This document shows, piece after piece, positions 60,496 to 64,000 of a DNA stretch of 64,000 nt. Under the pieces are notes generated by a model. It was not told the DNA's origin. It saw only the letters and a list, made by a program, of their open reading frames with translations, and did no database searches. Origin of the DNA: Limisphaerales bacterium (GTDB lineage: Bacteria; Verrucomicrobiota; Verrucomicrobiia; Limisphaerales; AAA164-E04); assembly GCA_965204945.1 (NCBI GenBank), contig OZ242022.1:3332152-3396151 (forward strand). Direction: 5' to 3'. The position numbers and the translations under genes are program-made. Every line of letters begins with the position of its first letter. Positions within the stretch are counted from its first letter, which is position 1.

Positions 60496-63400
60496 ATGAA
60501 ACCATGCCACCCGCGCATCCTCGCGTGCATCAGCGCAATTTTAGCTGTTGCGTTTTCTCTGCAAACTGCATTCGCGCAACAAGTGAACAGCCCCAGCTCC
60601 GTCCTCCACGAACGAACCCAAAAAGTCGCCGACGCCATTTTGAACGCTTTGGGGAGTAGCATCACGCAAGCCAGCCAAGTCACCAACACCTCCCAACTAG
60701 CCAATATCACCCAGATAAGCCTCAGAAATCAAAGACTAACCTCTTTGCAAGCCAACGACTTTGCCGGCCTCTCCAACCTGCGAACGCTCGACCTTACCTC
60801 CAACAACCAAATCACTTCCCTGCCGTCCGGCCTTTTCAACAACCTCACCAATCTGCAGACGCTGACCTTATTCAACCACCGACTCGCTTCTTTGCAGGAC
60901 GGCCTTTTTGACGACCTTTACAATCTGCGAACGCTCGACCTTTCCAGCCAAAGCGGCAACTTGCAACTGACTTCCTTGCCGGCCAACCTCTTCAACAACC
61001 TGACCAACCTGACAAGACTGGACTTGGATAGAATCCCCGTGAGTTCCCTGCCCTCCGGCCTCTTTGCCAACCTCTACAACCTACAAACCTTAGACCTTAC
61101 CGGACTGCGGACCGGCACTTGGCCTTCCACTCTCTTCAACAGCCTGACCAACCTAACCAAACTATACTACATGCAAACTGGAAACCTGCGCTGGTTGCCG
61201 CAAGGCGTCTTTGATAATCTCACCAAGCTAGAAGAACTGAGAATTAGCGGCACCACTTTGGGCAGTAACTCAACCAACGTGCCGTCCGGCCTCCTCAACA
61301 ATCTGACCAACCTAACGATTCTGGATCTTGCCGCCAATCGGCTCACTTCTCCGCCAGACGGCGTCGAAAATCTCACCCGCCTGACACAGCTGTATCTTGA
61401 CAACAACCAACTCGCTTCCCTGCCGGATGGCATCTTCGACAATCTCACCAGAATAGGAACGCTGAATCTTTTCTACAATCGCTTGACCTCTCTGCCTAGC
61501 GGGGTTTTCGACAACCTCACCAGAATGTATGCCCTGAGGCTCAACAACAACCGCTTAACTTCCCTGCCGGCCGGCGTCTTCGACCATACAACCAATTTGA
61601 TCTTCCTGTATCTTAACTACAATCAACTGACCTCCCTTCCCGACGGCGTCTTCGACAATCTTGCCCGGCTGAGAAATTTATATATTCACAATAACCAAAT
61701 CCATTCTCTACCGGCCGACTTATTCCCCAATCCTCTCGCCAATCTGGAATGGCTCACACTGAATAACAATGCGTTGACTAACCTCCCTTTTTACGAGGGG
61801 ATGTTCGATAACTTAAACAACCTGCCCAATTCCAGACTGCGGCTGCATGCCAACCCCGTGTATTCTAGTCTTTTGACGAATGCGATTCCCATCACCATTA
61901 TTCCCTCCACGATGGAAGTGGTTGAGGGCGATGAAGGCGCAAAGAACGCCAACTTTCAAGTCCTACTAGGCAGAGGCATCCTTACCAACTCCATCACCAT
62001 CCGCTACGCCACAAGAGACGGCACCGCCAAAAAAGAAGATAACGACTTCTCCCCGATCAACGACAAGTTGTTAGCGTTCCTGGAGGCTAGCACTTGGTTC
62101 CGACCGCAAGTTTATAATCTTTCCATTCCTATACGAGGGGATGTTGTGGAAGAAGAGGATGAGATCTTTGAGTTAGTTCTCACTCGATCCAGCCGCTACA
62201 CGGCGGACGAAGAGTTCACCGCCTCGATCACCATCTTAGACAACGACGCCTTGCCCGAAGTCGACCTTTCCCTTCCCGTCACTTCCTTCTCCGTGGCCGA
62301 AGGCGACAGCGGCTCCACTGCCATTGGTTTCCACATCCAACTCACCCAATCTCCCAACGCCCAAGTCACCATTGATTACGAAACCCAAGACGGCACCGCC
62401 ACCGCTCCCCAAGACTACACTTCCGCCTCAGGAACCATCACCTTTGCCGCCGGCACAACCAACCTCACCCAAACCATCTCCATTCCCATTCACGGCGACA
62501 CCGAAGAAGAAGCGGACGAAACCTTCTCCGTCCGCCTCTCCAACCCCGTGAACGTCAACTTTGGCGGCGGCGCCTCCATGCGCGAAACCATCATCACCAT
62601 TGCCGATGACGATGTTTTGCCGCCCCCGCCCCCCTCTCTCTTCCTTACTCCCTCAGTTTTGGAAATCGCCGAAGGCGATGAAGACACAACTAACGCCGAG
62701 TTCCAAGTTCGCTTGACGCGCGCCTCAGGCCAAGCCGTATCCATTGACTACGCCACAACTAATGGCACCGCCACAGCCGGCCAAGACTACACGGCCACCA
62801 CTGGCACCATCACCTTCGTCGCCGGCGCGACCAACCTCACCCAAACTATTGCCGTTCCCATCCTCGGCGACACAACCGACGAACCCAACGAAACCTTTAC
62901 AATCACCTTGAGCAATCCAGTCAACGCCAGCCTCCTTATCCGCGCCGCCCGATGCACTATATTAGACGATGACGCCCAGCCCACACTTTCCCTAACTTCC
63001 TCAACATTGACCGTGGCCGAAGGCGCAACCAACGCCGAGTTCCAAGTTCGGTTGAGCCAAGTTTCCGGCCAAGCCGTATCCATTGACTACGCCACAACCG
63101 ACGGCACCGCCACCGCCGGCCAAGACTATACTTCCGCCTCAGGCACCATCACCTTCGCCGCCGGCACCGCCAATCTTATCCAAACCATCTCCGTTCCCCT
63201 CGTAGATGACACCGAAGACGAAGCCAATGAAACCTTCACCATCCAATTGAGCAATCCAGTCAACGCTAGCCTCCTTACCCGCGCCGCCCGATGCACTATA
63301 TTAGACGATGACCCCCAGCCCACACTTTCCCTAACTTCCTCAACATTGACCGTGGCCGAAGGCGCAACCAACGCCGAGTTTCAAGTTCGGTTGAGCCAAG

Positions 63401-64000
63401 TTTCCGGCCAAGCCGTATCCATTGACTACGCCACAACTAATGGCACCGCCACAGCCGGCCAAGATTACACTTCCGCCTCAGGCACCATCACCTTCGCCGC
63501 CGGCACCGCCAATCTTATCCAAACCATCTCCGTTCCCCTCGTAGATGACACCGAAGACGAAGCCAATGAAACCTTTACAATCACTCTAAGCAACCCCGCC
63601 AACGCCGGCCTCCTTGTCAGCACGACGCAAACCACAATCGTCGACAACGACGGGCCGGCGGCTCTCTTCCTTACCCCCTCAGTTTTGGAAATCGCCGAAG
63701 GCGATGAAGACACAACTAACGCCGAGTTCCAAGTTCGCTTGACGCGCGCCTCAGGCCAAGCCGTATCCATTGACTACGCCACAACTAATGGCACCGCCAC
63801 AGCCGGCCAAGATTACACATCCGCCTCAGGCACCATCACCTTCGCCGCCGGCGCGACCAACCTCACCCAAACTATTGCCGTTCCCATCCTCGGCGACACA
63901 ACCGACGAACCCAACGAAACCTTTACAATCACCTTGAGCAATCCAGTCAACGCCCGTCTGCTGGTCGACACCGCCCGATGCACTATATTAGACGATGACG
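60496..64000 (+). CDS. Large secreted LRR + Calx-beta repeat protein (runs off the window end)
   Basis: Translated by hand: signal peptide MKPCHPRILACISAILAVAFSLQTAFA, about 15-16 LRRs (LTSLPSGVFDNLT type), then about 6 Calx-beta repeats (YATTDGTATAGQDY...DEPNETF). No stop seen. Confidence 0.9.
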   Translation, partial: MKPCHPRILACISAILAVAFSLQTAFAQQVNSPSSVLHERTQKVADAILNALGSSITQASQVTNTSQLANITQISLRNQRLTSLQANDFAGLSNLRTLDLTSNNQITSLPSGLFNNLTNLQTLTLFNHRLASLQDGLFDDLYNLRTLDLSSQSGNLQLTSLPANLFNNLTNLTRLDLDRIPVSSLPSGLFANLYNLQTLDLTGLRTGTWPSTLFNSLTNLTKLYYMQTGNLRWLPQGVFDNLTKLEELRISGTTLGSNSTNVPSGLLNNLTNLTILDLAANRLTSPPDGVENLTRLTQLYLDNNQLASLPDGIFDNLTRIGTLNLFYNRLTSLPSGVFDNLTRMYALRLNNNRLTSLPAGVFDHTTNLIFLYLNYNQLTSLPDGVFDNLARLRNLYIHNNQIHSLPADLFPNPLANLEWLTLNNNALTNLPFYEGMFDNLNNLPNSRLRLHANPVYSSLLTNAIPITIIPSTMEVVEGDEGAKNANFQVLLGRGILTNSITIRYATRDGTAKKEDNDFSPINDKLLAFLEASTWFRPQVYNLSIPIRGDVVEEEDEIFELVLTRSSRYTADEEFTASITILDNDALPEVDLSLPVTSFSVAEGDSGSTAIGFHIQLTQSPNAQVTIDYETQDGTATAPQDYTSASGTITFAAGTTNLTQTISIPIHGDTEEEADETFSVRLSNPVNVNFGGGASMRETIITIADDDVLPPPPPSLFLTPSVLEIAEGDEDTTNAEFQVRLTRASGQAVSIDYATTNGTATAGQDYTATTGTITFVAGATNLTQTIAVPILGDTTDEPNETFTITLSNPVNASLLIRAARCTILDDDAQPTLSLTSSTLTVAEGATNAEFQVRLSQVSGQAVSIDYATTDGTATAGQDYTSASGTITFAAGTANLIQTISVPLVDDTEDEANETFTIQLSNPVNASLLTRAARCTILDDDPQPTLSLTSSTLTVAEGATNAEFQVRLSQVSGQAVSIDYATTNGTATAGQDYTSASGTITFAAGTANLIQTISVPLVDDTEDEANETFTITLSNPANAGLLVSTTQTTIVDNDGPAALFLTPSVLEIAEGDEDTTNAEFQVRLTRASGQAVSIDYATTNGTATAGQDYTSASGTITFAAGATNLTQTIAVPILGDTTDEPNETFTITLSNPVNARLLVDTARCTILDDD
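62635..64000 (+). repeat. Near-identical Calx-beta coding repeats of about 339 bp
   Basis: Block at 62941 recurs at 63280; block at about 62636 recurs at about 63662. Confidence 0.9.

Noticed and set aside
1-64000. CRISPR array, IS elements, prophage, rRNA
   Set aside because: No repeat-spacer pattern, transposase, phage structural gene or rRNA-like sequence recognised; the repeats found are coding.

Overview
Chromosomal window of a Verrucomicrobiota-type bacterium (PEP-CTERM proteins, H-X9-DG prepilin-like protein, PVM microcompartment, several sulfatases). Eukaryote-like LRR, Calx-beta and collagen proteins suggest a host-associated lifestyle, possibly a sponge symbiont (inference). Contents, left to right: HAD hydrolase, sulfatase, eda, then a complete PVM-type bacterial microcompartment operon interrupted twice by restriction-modification genes. 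Next come secreted and PEP-CTERM proteins, a sulfatase-SGNH fusion, recA, an ECF sigma module with two copies of its promoter, and UDG. A structured RNA leader precedes a secreted protein and a prepilin-like gene. A minus-strand operon follows: DUF1573-like protein, Cys-rich secreted protein, three mosaic paralogs, MauE/DoxX and an ArnT-like glycosyltransferase. The rest is a Menshen-like defence triad beside tRNA-Gly(CCC), pfkB-family kinase, thiE, accC/accB, a matrixin, a collagen-like protein, rpsB-tsf and a truncated LRR/Calx-beta adhesin. Most interesting: (1) the DUF1573/Cys-rich/paralog-array operon; (2) repeated, orientation-independent C/A-to-G/T skew flips around accessory insertions; (3) RM genes embedded in the BMC operon; (4) long G/C homopolymers at the 5' ends of three surface-protein genes. 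All family calls come from motif recognition by eye; no searches were run. Many start codons were chosen by inspection.
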